NCBI GenBank assembly: GCA_963662945.1
Contig: OY759974.1
Span: 704,001-768,000 of the forward strand
Source: Arcobacteraceae bacterium
Lineage (GTDB): Bacteria > Campylobacterota > Campylobacteria > Campylobacterales > Arcobacteraceae
Direction of reading: 5' to 3'
Length of the DNA: 64,000 bases
Below, piece after piece: positions 19,295-38,388 of this stretch. The notes under the pieces were generated by a model. The model worked only from the letters and a program-made list of their open reading frames with translations. It did not search any database and was not told where the DNA came from. Position 1 is the first letter of the stretch. Every line of letters starts with the position of its first letter. The position numbers and the translations under genes were made by a program.

Positions 19295-20566
19295 TTAAAA
19301 TTGAATTTTAAAAATATTATTGCCATTCTGATAACTATATTCTAGTACTAAATTATGTGCTTTTAATATATTTTGAACAATATATAGCCCTAGTCCTAAG
19401 CCACTTTTACTATTTTCAAACTCTTTATTAAATGGTTTTTTATACTCCTCCAATGACTTTGATAATCTATCACCACTTGATGATATCATAAAGGTATTAT
19501 CAGTTATTGTAATATTTGGTTTCTTTTTGCTATATTTCATTGCATTGTCTATTAAGTTTTTTATCGCGATTGAAAAAAGTTCAAAATCTACATTAATAGT
19601 TAAATCCTCTTGAATATTTAATCTGATTGAATCATTATCAACTAATAAGATATCTAAAGAATTATCAATAATATCAACTAATCTAAAATTTCGTTTTTGT
19701 AATTTTAAATTTTTAGATGTAAACTCTTCTATTTTTTTAAACTCTTTCAACAAATATTCTAATCGTAAAAAAGCTTTATGAAGACTCTCTTTAAATTTAC
19801 TTTCATCCATCATTCCTATAATTAAAAGCCCCTTAGTAATAGGTGTTTTTAATTCATGCATAATATTTCGTAAAAAAAGATTTCTAGAATATGTCAAATC
19901 TCTAATTTGTTTTATTGCATTATCAAACTCATTAGACAATGAACTTATCTCATCTTTCCCTTTACATCGTGTATCAACATTTAAATCCCCATTTGCAAAA
20001 TGTGTAATACTTTTTTTTAAGTTTTTCAGTGGTTTTAATTTCTTTAATAAAAAAATATAAAAAGAAATCAAAACTAAATTTAATAACACTGTAAGCACTA
20101 AAATATATTTTGTTTTATCTGTTATAAATAGCTTGTCTTTTATCAAAATTGGATGTAAAGGGTGTTTATCATAAAAATATCTATACCCTTTATAATTATA
20201 AAGTTCCCATTCTCTTTGTGCACTTAAAAGTTCCCCTTGCTCTTTTAGTACTTCATATGTTATTTTAGATATTTCTAAATCAAATGGCAATAATAATTTA
20301 TTTAATTCACCTTCATTTTTTTCTTGTGGCTCTTTTGGAGGAAACATATCAAAAAAATCAAATTTTTGTTCTTGAAATCTATTTTGAAATCGCATAGGTG
20401 GTTCATGAATTTTAAAAAGTGTTTTCATATATTTTGAAACCAATAAATCAATTTGTTGCTGTTTTGTGATATTGTAACCTATATAAATAATTGTATGAAT
20501 TAACAACACCATCAAGACAAAGAAAATTGTTATTGGGAAAAAAATTGAATCTTTATTGGTTAACAA
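19295..20566 (-). CDS. HAMP sensor histidine kinase
   Basis: Two TM, HAMP (GKDEIS), MHELKTPIT, NLIDNAMKY, GLGLGL. Confidence 0.92.
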   Translation of the reverse strand: MLTNKDSIFFPITIFFVLMVLLIHTIIYIGYNITKQQQIDLLVSKYMKTLFKIHEPPMRFQNRFQEQKFDFFDMFPPKEPQEKNEGELNKLLLPFDLEISKITYEVLKEQGELLSAQREWELYNYKGYRYFYDKHPLHPILIKDKLFITDKTKYILVLTVLLNLVLISFYIFLLKKLKPLKNLKKSITHFANGDLNVDTRCKGKDEISSLSNEFDNAIKQIRDLTYSRNLFLRNIMHELKTPITKGLLIIGMMDESKFKESLHKAFLRLEYLLKEFKKIEEFTSKNLKLQKRNFRLVDIIDNSLDILLVDNDSIRLNIQEDLTINVDFELFSIAIKNLIDNAMKYSKKKPNITITDNTFMISSSGDRLSKSLEEYKKPFNKEFENSKSGLGLGLYIVQNILKAHNLVLEYSYQNGNNIFKIQF

Positions 20567-21230
20567 GTTTATATCCTATTCCTCTCAAAGAGATAATATA
20601 TTGAGGTTTTTTGGGATTCTCTTCTATTTTATTTCTAATTCTTCCTATAAGGACATCAATACTTTTTAAACTACTCTCATAATTTATAGAATCAACATTT
20701 GTCAGTAACTCTTCTCTTGAAACGCTAAAACCAGATTTTTTAATAAAATATTGCATAATAAAATACTCTGCATTAGTAAAGTGAATAACCTCATCATTTT
20801 TTCTTATTTCCATTTTAGCATCATCGTATTGAAAAACTTTTTTATTTTCAATAATTTTTTCATTTTGCCCTGATACTCTTTTCAAAATAGAATTAATTCT
20901 TAACACCAATTCTTGAGGATCATAGGGTTTTGGTATATAATCATCTGCACCAAATGCAAAACATTTACTTTTGTCTTCAATATCACTTCTAGCACTTGAA
21001 ATGATGATTGGAATTTGAGATTTATTTCTAATAAGTTTACAAACTTCTGTTCCATCTATCTCTGGTAATGATAAATCCAATATGACCATATCGTATTTTT
21101 CAATACTTAATGCACTTAATCCTAAAGCAGGACTTTCATAGTTTGTAATCTTTATATTATATCGACTTAAAAAATCACCTAAAAACTCTGCAATTTCTCC
21201 GTCATCTTCTATCATTAAAATATTTATCAT
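20553..21230 (-). CDS. OmpR-family response regulator
   Basis: MIEDD, ILDLSLPEIDG, GADDYIPKP, SIDVLIGRIRNKI, RGIGY. Confidence 0.93.
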   Translation of the reverse strand: MINILMIEDDGEIAEFLGDFLSRYNIKITNYESPALGLSALSIEKYDMVILDLSLPEIDGTEVCKLIRNKSQIPIIISSARSDIEDKSKCFAFGADDYIPKPYDPQELVLRINSILKRVSGQNEKIIENKKVFQYDDAKMEIRKNDEVIHFTNAEYFIMQYFIKKSGFSVSREELLTNVDSINYESSLKSIDVLIGRIRNKIEENPKKPQYIISLRGIGYKLVNQ

Positions 21231-21235
21231 ACCTT

Positions 21236-21268
21236 ATTATATCAATATAAAGTAAATAAAAAGTATCA
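21236..21268 (-). promoter_or_regulatory. Extended -10 plus direct repeat (response regulator; probable autoregulation)
   Basis: Coding strand TGATAC-N5-ATTTAC-N10(ending TGa)-TATAAT, 5 nt before ATG. Confidence 0.5.
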
Positions 21269-21273
21269 TCAAA

Positions 21274-23994
21274 CTATAATAAATCCTTTTCTGCCTTTCC
21301 ATAGAACCACCCTTGTGCATAATCAACTCCGAGTTCCCTAACTTTGTCATCTAATTCTTTTGAACTTACAAATTCAGCAATTGTTTTCATATTTGATTTT
21401 TTTGCAAAAGTAACAATAGATTTTACAACTTCTGCTGCCCTTTCATCTTCTAAAATCAGTTTTGTAATTGAACCATCTATTTTTACATAATCAGCTTTTA
21501 AAGATATGAGATACTCATAGTTTGAATATCCACTTCCAAAATCATCTATGGCAACTTTACAACCTCTATCTTTAAATTTTTGTATTGTATTTGCAATACT
21601 GTCACTATCTTCTATCTCTTCAGATTCAACTATTTCTATAACCATTCGCTCAAAAATATTTTTTTGTTCCGCATAATCATAAATGAAAACCATAAGTTCT
21701 TCATTCATTAGATCTTCTATTGATAAATTTATCGAAAACTCCTCTTTACAATTTGCAAATTTACTTATAGACTTTTCAACAATTTTATAGGTAAGTTCTG
21801 GATACAATTTTGTTTTTTTAGCTATCTCTAAGTATGCAAAAGGTGCAACCACTTTTCCCTCATCAATAAGTCTCATAAGACATTCATATTTTTCTATTTT
21901 TTGCGTATGATAATTATAAATTGGTTGGAAGTAAGGGATAATTCTATCTTCATTTAAAGCAACATGTAATTTTTCAACCCAAATCAAGTTATTCTTAAAT
22001 TCTTGAATATTATTCATAGAAGAATCATACACTTTTAAACGTATTTTTTTATTTTTCGCTTCACTTAATGCCATATCTGCATACGTTAACAAATTCTCAC
22101 TTTGATTTGCAATCCCTGCTGTATAGGTAAGTATAAAATTATCATTATTAATACTATAAACTTTTTTACCCTCATTGTCCATAAATCTTTCAATTTTTTT
22201 AACAACTTTTTCTAGAGTATATGATTTGGTAAATAAAGCAAAAATGTCAGCTTGTACTCTATATACCTTATAATTTTCATTGTTAACAAAGCTAAATAAT
22301 CTTTCTCCTAATGCTGTAATTACTTTATCTCCTATATGATGCCCTTTAATATCATTTAGTTCTTTAAATCTATCTATATTTATCAATGCCAATACACCTT
22401 GGGCATTTCTACTAATTTCATCAATTAAACTAACTCTATTTCCCAACCCAGTTAAAGAATCAGTTTTAAAAATATTTTGTAGTTTTCTTCTATTTTCAAA
22501 AAGCTCTGTAATATCAGAACCTGATGAGATATATTCCACAATCTGACCATTACTATCTTTGATAGGTACAATTGTAGTATTATTCACATAACTTTCCGAA
22601 TTTTTCTTTTTATTTTTCAGTATCCCTTTCCAGATTTTACCTGCACTAATAGTTGTCCATAATTTTTTGAACTGACTTTTTGGTGTTTCTGGATGTTTTA
22701 CAATATTATGAGATTTTCCAATAACTTCATCTTTCGTATAACCACTTACTTTACAGAAGTTATCATTTACATATGTAATTATTCCCTCTTTATTGGTTTT
22801 GGATACCACAACACTTTTGTCTAAAATCAATTGATATTGCTGTAACATATTCATATAATCTTTTTGAGATTCTTCAACTTTTCGAATCCTTTTTGAAATA
22901 AAGAAGGCTATTATTAAACTTAAAAAAATCAAAAGAACTAAAATGGATAAAATTTGATTGAGATTTTTATCTAAAGATTGTTTTACTCGTAATTTTTCTT
23001 CTACCAACATATCCTTGAGTTCAGTTAAATAAAATCCAGAACCTATAATAACATCCCAATCTTTTAGTATATGAATATAAGATATTTTTTCATCTTCTAT
23101 ATTGGTATCAGGTCTACGCCAAATATAACTAATAAACCCTCCACTTTTATCCAAAACTATTTTTTTCATATTTTGAAATAAATACTGTCCATCTAAAGTT
23201 TGAAAATCAGTTAAATCTTTATTATTTAGCTCTGGTTGTATGGGGTGCATCAACATGACATTATTAAGATTATGAATCCAAAAATACCCATAGTTATTTT
23301 CACCAAATCTATCTTTTTTTAACTCTTCAAATACTAATTCTTGAACTTTTTTTTGAAATTCAGATTTATAAATACCTGCAGCAATAAAAATATTTAATTC
23401 TTTTAATTTTAAGGCATATACATATTTTGTGTAAAGTTTATTTTTTGTAGCATTTGGTTTATACCATTGATATGTTCCAAAATTTTCATCTTTATTCATA
23501 GTATCTTTAATAAAATATTCTAATTCTTTATTGTTTTTCAATAAATTAAAAATATTTTTATGTTCTAGTTTTTTATCCCCACCATGGTATAAAATATTTC
23601 CAGATAAATCAAAAATATAAAAATATCCTGTCTCATTATCCCATTTGAAAAGATCTAATTCCTTTTTATATTTTTGAATTAAACTTTTTTTATTTTCTCC
23701 ATTTCGAAATGCGTTTAAAAATACATCATAGGTAAAGTGAACTTTTTCTTCCAACGATTCTCTAAGAGTTTTATATGATAAATCTTCTATTATTTCTATT
23801 TTTTTAATTGTTCGTTTAATTTCTGTTTGTACTAAAACTTTATTTTTTTCTATATAAGTTTTTTCCATTAATGCAACTCTTTCTTTGTAAGATTCATTTG
23901 ATATTAATACAAGAAAACCACCTATAACCGTACTAAATAAAAAAGCAATAACTAAAATGTTTAAAAAACTAAATTTTGATAATGAAATTTTCAT
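21274..23994 (-). CDS. Cache-Cache-PAS-GGDEF(degenerate)-EAL phosphodiesterase
   Basis: GYFYIFD / GYFWIH..MHPIQPEL Cache domains, PAS, DSLTGLGNR with QADIF replacing GGDEF, ECL and DDFGSGYS. Confidence 0.9.
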   Translation of the reverse strand: MKISLSKFSFLNILVIAFLFSTVIGGFLVLISNESYKERVALMEKTYIEKNKVLVQTEIKRTIKKIEIIEDLSYKTLRESLEEKVHFTYDVFLNAFRNGENKKSLIQKYKKELDLFKWDNETGYFYIFDLSGNILYHGGDKKLEHKNIFNLLKNNKELEYFIKDTMNKDENFGTYQWYKPNATKNKLYTKYVYALKLKELNIFIAAGIYKSEFQKKVQELVFEELKKDRFGENNYGYFWIHNLNNVMLMHPIQPELNNKDLTDFQTLDGQYLFQNMKKIVLDKSGGFISYIWRRPDTNIEDEKISYIHILKDWDVIIGSGFYLTELKDMLVEEKLRVKQSLDKNLNQILSILVLLIFLSLIIAFFISKRIRKVEESQKDYMNMLQQYQLILDKSVVVSKTNKEGIITYVNDNFCKVSGYTKDEVIGKSHNIVKHPETPKSQFKKLWTTISAGKIWKGILKNKKKNSESYVNNTTIVPIKDSNGQIVEYISSGSDITELFENRRKLQNIFKTDSLTGLGNRVSLIDEISRNAQGVLALINIDRFKELNDIKGHHIGDKVITALGERLFSFVNNENYKVYRVQADIFALFTKSYTLEKVVKKIERFMDNEGKKVYSINNDNFILTYTAGIANQSENLLTYADMALSEAKNKKIRLKVYDSSMNNIQEFKNNLIWVEKLHVALNEDRIIPYFQPIYNYHTQKIEKYECLMRLIDEGKVVAPFAYLEIAKKTKLYPELTYKIVEKSISKFANCKEEFSINLSIEDLMNEELMVFIYDYAEQKNIFERMVIEIVESEEIEDSDSIANTIQKFKDRGCKVAIDDFGSGYSNYEYLISLKADYVKIDGSITKLILEDERAAEVVKSIVTFAKKSNMKTIAEFVSSKELDDKVRELGVDYAQGWFYGKAEKDLL

Positions 23995-24091
23995 AATTAT
24001 TCCCTATACTAAACTATATTTATTGTATATCAACTTCCCTAATGTTTTCCTTTTGGCTATCCTCTAAAGTAAAGTTATGTTATGATTTCGT

Positions 24092-24388
24092 ATGTTTAAT
24101 AAAAGTCATAATTTTTTTATTTTTTTATTATTATTACTTATAGGAACCGCTATACAATTAGTATATATATATCAAACAAAAACTCTAACGCAACAAGCTA
24201 TTGATAAAAAAAATATTTTTGTTAAAATTACTTCTTTACCAGATTTAGCACTTAGTACAGAAGCAAACTATATAAGACATCGAAGTTTAAGTGATATTTT
24301 TTCTATTTACAAAGATGATGGAACTTTACGTGAATATGCTCCATCAACCTACACCTATTCCGTTTCAAAGGGACTTTATGAAAAATAA
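24092..24388 (+). CDS. Small membrane-anchored hypothetical protein
   Basis: N-terminal TM, LPDLALSTEA.YIRHRSL; first gene of ABC operon. Confidence 0.65.
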   Translation: MFNKSHNFFIFLLLLLIGTAIQLVYIYQTKTLTQQAIDKKNIFVKITSLPDLALSTEANYIRHRSLSDIFSIYKDDGTLREYAPSTYTYSVSKGLYEK

Positions 24389-25556
24389 AATTAATCTTTA
24401 CCTTTTAGAGTATGCACTGAATAGTATTTTACGGCAAAAAGAAAAAAACTTTTTTATTCTTTTTATATTTACTTTTTTAACATTTTTACTTTCAAGTGTC
24501 TTTTTTATCTCAAATTCAATAAAACATGAACTCAATACTACTGTTGATTCACTCCCACAAATTATAGTTCAGAACTTAAAAGCTGGAAAAGCATATGACA
24601 TAGAATTAAGTGCTTTAGATGATATTATTGCAATTACTGGTGTAAAAGATGCAAATGCAAGAGTGTGGGGGTATTATTATTTTGATAATGCAGGGGTTAA
24701 TTTTACTATTGTAGGTATTGATCAATATGAAAATCAATATAAAAAAAGCTTCACAAAAATTGCTTCAAAACTGACAAATACTGAAAACTCTTCTATGATA
24801 GTTGGTTTAGGTGTACAAAAAATAATGGCACAAAACTATTATAAAGATTACTTTAATTTTATTAAACCAGATGGAACAATCAAAAAAATCTCTTTAGCTG
24901 GTACTTTTGATACAAATACACAACTTGAATCAAACGATGTAATAGCAATGTCAAAAGAAGATGCAAGGGAAATATTTAATATGAGTGATGATATGACTAC
25001 AGATATTGTTGTAACAGTTGCAAATCCAGAAGAGATACCAACTATAAAAGAAAAGATTCAGTTGCTTTATCCAAATACGAGAATTATCACAAATGAAGAT
25101 TTAAAAATTAGCTACCAAAATATTTTTGATTATAAAAGTGGTGTTTTTTTGGCTTTATTTGTTATTTCACTCTTTACATTTTTTATGATTGTTTATGATA
25201 AAGCAAGTGGACTTACTAGTGAAGAAAAAAAAGATATAGGTATTTTAAAATCACTTGGTTGGACTATAGATGATGTGTTAAAAGAAAAATTTTATGAAGC
25301 ATTTATTATCTCTTTTATTGCATATCTATTAGGAATATTTTTTGCTTTTGGTTATGTATATCTTTTACAAGCCCCTCTTTTACGAGAAATATTTGTGGGA
25401 TATTCGCAACTTAAAACAACATTTGGGCTTCCATTTGTATTTAATTTTCAAACACTCTTTTTAGTATTTTTCTTAAGTGTTCCTATCTATATTGCAGCAA
25501 CTATTATTCCATCTTGGAGAATTGCTACTTTGGAAGCAGACGAGGTAATAAGATAA
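24378..25556 (+). CDS. FtsX/LolE-like ABC permease
   Basis: ATG 24378 after AGGGA; EKKDIGILKSLGW, IPSWRIA. Confidence 0.85.
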   Translation: MKNKINLYLLEYALNSILRQKEKNFFILFIFTFLTFLLSSVFFISNSIKHELNTTVDSLPQIIVQNLKAGKAYDIELSALDDIIAITGVKDANARVWGYYYFDNAGVNFTIVGIDQYENQYKKSFTKIASKLTNTENSSMIVGLGVQKIMAQNYYKDYFNFIKPDGTIKKISLAGTFDTNTQLESNDVIAMSKEDAREIFNMSDDMTTDIVVTVANPEEIPTIKEKIQLLYPNTRIITNEDLKISYQNIFDYKSGVFLALFVISLFTFFMIVYDKASGLTSEEKKDIGILKSLGWTIDDVLKEKFYEAFIISFIAYLLGIFFAFGYVYLLQAPLLREIFVGYSQLKTTFGLPFVFNFQTLFLVFFLSVPIYIAATIIPSWRIATLEADEVIR

Positions 25557-26212
25557 TGATTCAACTTAAAAATGTCACCAAAACATATAATGAAATTATT
25601 GCATTAAATAAGATAAACCTTCAATTCAATGAAGGGGAACTTATAGTTTTAAAAGGTGCTAGTGGAAGTGGAAAAAGTACTATTTTATCTCTTATTGCTG
25701 GACTTACAAAACCTACTTCCGGTGAAGTGATAGTTGATAATAAACAAATATCAAAACTTACTGATAATTTTGCTTCCCTTCATCGAAGAGAAAATATTGG
25801 ATTTATCTTCCAAAAGTACAATCTTATTGCAAATCTAACAGCAAAAGAAAATATTGCATTACCACTTATCCCAAATAATCCTGATGAAAAAAAATTGGAA
25901 CAATTACTTGATGATGTAATGGAAAAGTTTCATATCTCGCATAAAAAAAATATCGTAGTAAAAAATCTCTCAGGAGGAGAACAACAACGTGTTGCAATAG
26001 CAAGAGCAAATATCAATAATCCAAAAATAATTATTGCTGATGAACCAACGGCAAATCTTGATGAAAAACTCTCTCTTCACTTTATAGAGATTTTAAAAAC
26101 ACTCAAACAATCAAATAAAACAATTATTGTAGCAACACATGATCCGATATTTTTTAATCTTGATTTTGTAGATAGAATCGTAGAAATACACAATGGAAAT
26201 CTTATACTATGA
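25556..26212 (+). CDS. LolD/MacB-type ABC ATP-binding protein
   Basis: GASGSGKST, LSGGEQQRVAIAR, ADEPTANLD; TAATG coupling. Confidence 0.92.
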   Translation: MIQLKNVTKTYNEIIALNKINLQFNEGELIVLKGASGSGKSTILSLIAGLTKPTSGEVIVDNKQISKLTDNFASLHRRENIGFIFQKYNLIANLTAKENIALPLIPNNPDEKKLEQLLDDVMEKFHISHKKNIVVKNLSGGEQQRVAIARANINNPKIIIADEPTANLDEKLSLHFIEILKTLKQSNKTIIVATHDPIFFNLDFVDRIVEIHNGNLIL

Positions 26213-27159
26213 TACTTACTCCTGAAATTATAGCAATCTTTATTCTTAATACTCTTTTTCTAATCTTTGGATTTATAGCTTTTATTTTAAGTATTAAAAT
26301 ATTCTTATACTGGGATACAAAAGCAACTACACAAACACAATATATACTTGAAAAACAAAGTTTTTTAACAGCCACAATTATTAAATATATTTTTATAGTC
26401 AAACTTCCTTTATTTTTATTTTTTATTTTTACACTTGATAAACTATCAACTTCAATAACAGGTGCAATGTGTGCTGCTGGTGTAGTAGATGCAACACCCT
26501 ATGGAACTTATCTATTTATAATCAAAATTATCAATATTTATCTTTTTGGATTTTGGCTTACATTTCACTATGCAGATACAAAATTTGAAGTACCAAAATA
26601 TACAAAACAAAAATTTGGTTTATTTATAGTTGGATTTTTCTTTTTAATTACTGAAATTATTCTTGAAACATTGATGTTTTATTCTATAGATATTAGTAAA
26701 ATGGTAAGTTGCTGTGGTACTTTATTTTCAAGTACTACAGCTTCATATATATCAAGCATTTTTCTTATAAAAACCCCTATTCTTTTAACGCTCTTTTATA
26801 TCACTTATATCTCTTTAATTGTATTTTATTTTATGAAACTCAAACATCTGTTTAGTCTATTTAATCTTCTTTTTTTAATCATCTCAATTATTAGTTTAAT
26901 AGCATTTTTTGGGACATATATTTATGAACTACCAACACATCATTGTCCATTTTGTTTTCTTCAAAAAGATTATTATTATGTTGGCTATCTTCTTTATAGT
27001 GTGTTGTTTATTGGTACTTTTAATGGTATCATTGTTGCTTTTAAAAATACTATAGCTTTAAAAGCTTATAAATTATCACTTTTATTTAACTTTATTTATA
27101 TAGTTATAGTTACACTTTATCCAATTGTTTATTATATTAAAAATGGTGTATGGTTATAA
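26209..27159 (+). CDS. Polytopic membrane protein with Cys/His motifs
   Basis: About 8 TM; GAMCAAG, SCCG, HHCPFC. Confidence 0.7.
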   Translation: MILTPEIIAIFILNTLFLIFGFIAFILSIKIFLYWDTKATTQTQYILEKQSFLTATIIKYIFIVKLPLFLFFIFTLDKLSTSITGAMCAAGVVDATPYGTYLFIIKIINIYLFGFWLTFHYADTKFEVPKYTKQKFGLFIVGFFFLITEIILETLMFYSIDISKMVSCCGTLFSSTTASYISSIFLIKTPILLTLFYITYISLIVFYFMKLKHLFSLFNLLFLIISIISLIAFFGTYIYELPTHHCPFCFLQKDYYYVGYLLYSVLFIGTFNGIIVAFKNTIALKAYKLSLLFNFIYIVIVTLYPIVYYIKNGVWL

Positions 27160-27203
27160 CAAAAATTTAAATTTAAATAAACTTTTTTATATTATAATTA
27201 CCC

Positions 27204-28151
27204 ATGCAAAATAAAATCAAACAACTAAAACAAGAGATTTCAAAACAAGTTATTGGTCAAGAGCATATGGTAGATGCTCTTTTAATAGGATTATTTACAA
27301 ATGGACATATCCTTTTAGAAGGTGTTCCAGGACTTGCAAAAACTACTACTATAAATGCCATGGCAAAGTCACTCAATTTAGATTTTAAAAGAGTTCAATT
27401 TACCCCTGATTTACTACCTAGTGATATTATAGGTGCTCAAATATATGATATGAAAAGTGGTGATTTTAAAATCAAAAAAGGTCCTGTGTTTACAAACTTG
27501 CTACTTGCAGATGAGATAAATAGAGCTCCTGCGAAAGTACAATCTGCACTTTTAGAAGTAATGCAAGAAAGACAGGTAACACTAGGAGAAACTACATATA
27601 AAATTGACAATCCTTTCTTAGTGCTTGCTACTCAAAATCCAGTTGAACAAGAGGGAGCTTACAGCCTTCCTGAAGCACAACTTGATAGATTTATGTTCAA
27701 AATAATTGTGGGTTACAATACAAAAGAAGAGGAACATCAAATCGCTCTTAAAGCTGCAAACGCTACTTTTGAAACTATCAATGCAGTTTTACACAAAGAA
27801 GATATTGACACTATAAAACAAGACGTAAAAAACATTCATATTGATACAGAGCTTGAAGAGTATATTGTAGACTTAATATTTGCAACAAGGGAGCCAAAAA
27901 AGTACAATCTTGAAGGATTGGAAACCTTTATAGAATTTGGAGCAAGTCCAAGAGCTACAATCGATATGTTTAAATCAGTTAAAGCAATGGCTTATTTAAG
28001 AGGAAATGATTATGTAAGTCCTGTTGATATTGCATTATGTATCAAAGATGTTTTAAGACATAGAATAATTCTTAGTTACGAAGCATTAGCTAGTGATATC
28101 ACAGCAGATCAAATCATACAAAATATCTTAGAAAAAGTTCCTGTACCCTAA
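27204..28151 (+). CDS. moxR: MoxR-family AAA+ ATPase
   Basis: GVPGLAKT, RVQFTPDLLPSD, DEINRAPAKVQSALLE, LPEAQLDRF. Confidence 0.92.
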   Translation: MQNKIKQLKQEISKQVIGQEHMVDALLIGLFTNGHILLEGVPGLAKTTTINAMAKSLNLDFKRVQFTPDLLPSDIIGAQIYDMKSGDFKIKKGPVFTNLLLADEINRAPAKVQSALLEVMQERQVTLGETTYKIDNPFLVLATQNPVEQEGAYSLPEAQLDRFMFKIIVGYNTKEEEHQIALKAANATFETINAVLHKEDIDTIKQDVKNIHIDTELEEYIVDLIFATREPKKYNLEGLETFIEFGASPRATIDMFKSVKAMAYLRGNDYVSPVDIALCIKDVLRHRIILSYEALASDITADQIIQNILEKVPVP

Positions 28152-28158
28152 ACGTTTA

Positions 28159-28542
28159 TTACAATAGTGAAAGAAAAAATGTACCTGGATATATAAGAAC
28201 ATTTATATATCTGTACACTAAGTTATACTCGATATTTAGAGGTATTAAAGTCGAAATATCCTCGTCATTATCAATTCTCTTACATAAATTCAATCTAAAA
28301 CTTATATCAACAAATTTAAGTATTATAATCATATTCATCAAAAAACTGTAATTACTTAATGAAATAGCTAAATAAATAGAAAATATAAATGTGGGATTGA
28401 GAAGAAAAAATAGAAAAATGCTTTTTTTATATATTGTGTAATTGTTTTTTAGAACACCATAAAATCTATCTGCCTTTTGCCAATTAGATTCAAATAACTC
28501 TAAAGCTATAAAAATGATGATTAAAAAATAAATAGTATTCAA
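28159..28542 (-). CDS. Hypothetical membrane protein
   Basis: 127-aa hydrophobic ORF, TTG start, ELFESNWQKA. Confidence 0.6.
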   Translation of the reverse strand: MNTIYFLIIIFIALELFESNWQKADRFYGVLKNNYTIYKKSIFLFFLLNPTFIFSIYLAISLSNYSFLMNMIIILKFVDISFRLNLCKRIDNDEDISTLIPLNIEYNLVYRYINVLIYPGTFFLSLL

Positions 28543-28551
28543 TGTATATAG

Positions 28552-28580
28552 AAAAAAAGTAGAGTTAAACTCTACTTTTT
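28552..28580 (-). terminator. Intrinsic terminator after rpoC
   Basis: AGTAGAGT-TAA-ACTCTACT stem with T7 tail on the minus strand. Confidence 0.75.
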
Positions 28581-28581
28581 A

Positions 28582-37261
<8,680 letters not shown>

Positions 37262-37312
37262 TTATGTTAGTTAAAGTTTTTATCGTATATAAAAACGTAA
37301 GAATAAACATTC

Positions 37313-37398
37313 TAACCTATGCTTGAGCAAATACCAGGCATAGGTTAAAAAGCTAATTCACTTTAAATGACTAATGCTCTGTAAAAATACAGAGCATT
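37313..37398 (-). promoter_or_regulatory. Two stem-loops in rplL-rpoB spacer (attenuator/processing-like)
   Basis: TAACCTATGCTTG..CAGGCATAGGTTA (37313-37347); AATGCTCTGTA-AAAA-TACAGAGCATT (37373-37398). Confidence 0.5.
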
Positions 37399-37431
37399 TT
37401 CTAGCCATAATTTAGTAAATATTAAATAAAA

Positions 37432-37803
37432 TTATTTAATTTCTACTTTAGCTCCAGCAGCTTCTAATGCAGCTTTTGCAGCTTCAGCATCTTCTTTTGA
37501 GATACCTTCTTTAACAACTGCACCAGCTTCTTCAGCCATTGCTTTTGCTTCTTTTAATCCAAGACCAGTTAATCCTCTGATCTCTTTAATAACATTGATT
37601 TTTTTGTCACCAGCATCAACGATAACAACGTTGAATTCTGTTTGCTCTTCACCAGCATCTGCAACTGCAACTGCTCCACCAGCAACTGCAACTGGTTGTG
37701 CAGATACACCAAATTTTTCTTCAAATTCTTTTACTAATTCAGAAAGCTCTAATACGCTTAAACCTGAAATATATTCTAATACATCTTCTTTAGAGATTGC
37801 CAT
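37432..37803 (-). CDS. rplL: 50S ribosomal protein L7/L12
   Basis: [16 protein letters not shown]. Confidence 0.97.
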   Translation of the reverse strand: MAISKEDVLEYISGLSVLELSELVKEFEEKFGVSAQPVAVAGGAVAVADAGEEQTEFNVVIVDAGDKKINVIKEIRGLTGLGLKEAKAMAEEAGAVVKEGISKEDAEAAKAALEAAGAKVEIK

Positions 37804-37874
37804 TTTATTTCCTTTATTTATTCATTATAAATTATAAATTCAAAGTAGCATAATTGCTACTCAACATGAAGCAA

Positions 37875-38363
37875 TTATGCTGCTTCTCCTTCTTTTTTAA
37901 TTCTAAGTGCATCAAGCCCAATAGTAAAGTTTCTAACAGGAGCCATCCATACAGATGCAAGCATTCCAAGTAATTCTTCTCTACCTGGTAATTTAGCAAA
38001 TGCATTAACAGTAGCTGCATCAGCTGCTTTACCTTCAATAACACCAGCTTTGATACTAAAAGTATCTTTGTTAGATGTAGCAAATTTATCAGCAACTTTA
38101 CACGCATTAATTTGATCTTCAGACCAAATGAATATGTTAGTACCTACAAGTTCAATTTCTTCGTGTCCTGCATTTTTAATAGCAATGTTAACTAAAGAAT
38201 TTTTTGCAACTTGTACTTTAGCACCCACTTCTTTAGCAGCTATTCTTAAAGCTTCTAAATTTTTATGTGATGTACCTCTGTAATCTGCAACTACAATCGC
38301 TTGAGAACCAGTAAATTCATTTGTTAATGTTTCAACAATCTCATTTTTTTGTAATTTAGTCAT
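37875..38363 (-). CDS. rplJ: 50S ribosomal protein L10
   Basis: DYRG, VAKNSL, AKLPGREELL. Confidence 0.96.
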   Translation of the reverse strand: MTKLQKNEIVETLTNEFTGSQAIVVADYRGTSHKNLEALRIAAKEVGAKVQVAKNSLVNIAIKNAGHEEIELVGTNIFIWSEDQINACKVADKFATSNKDTFSIKAGVIEGKAADAATVNAFAKLPGREELLGMLASVWMAPVRNFTIGLDALRIKKEGEAA

Positions 38364-38388
38364 ATTTTTCCTCCTTTCAAAACAGTAG

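Noticed and set aside
21274-23994. Active diguanylate cyclase
   Set aside because: GGDEF replaced by QADIF; only the EAL motifs are intact
24291-25555. Longer ORF-track starts (1460, 24291, 25514, 33111, 62166)
   Set aside because: Downstream ATGs (1493, 24378, 25556, 33105, 62226) have better SD or translational coupling and avoid long overlaps
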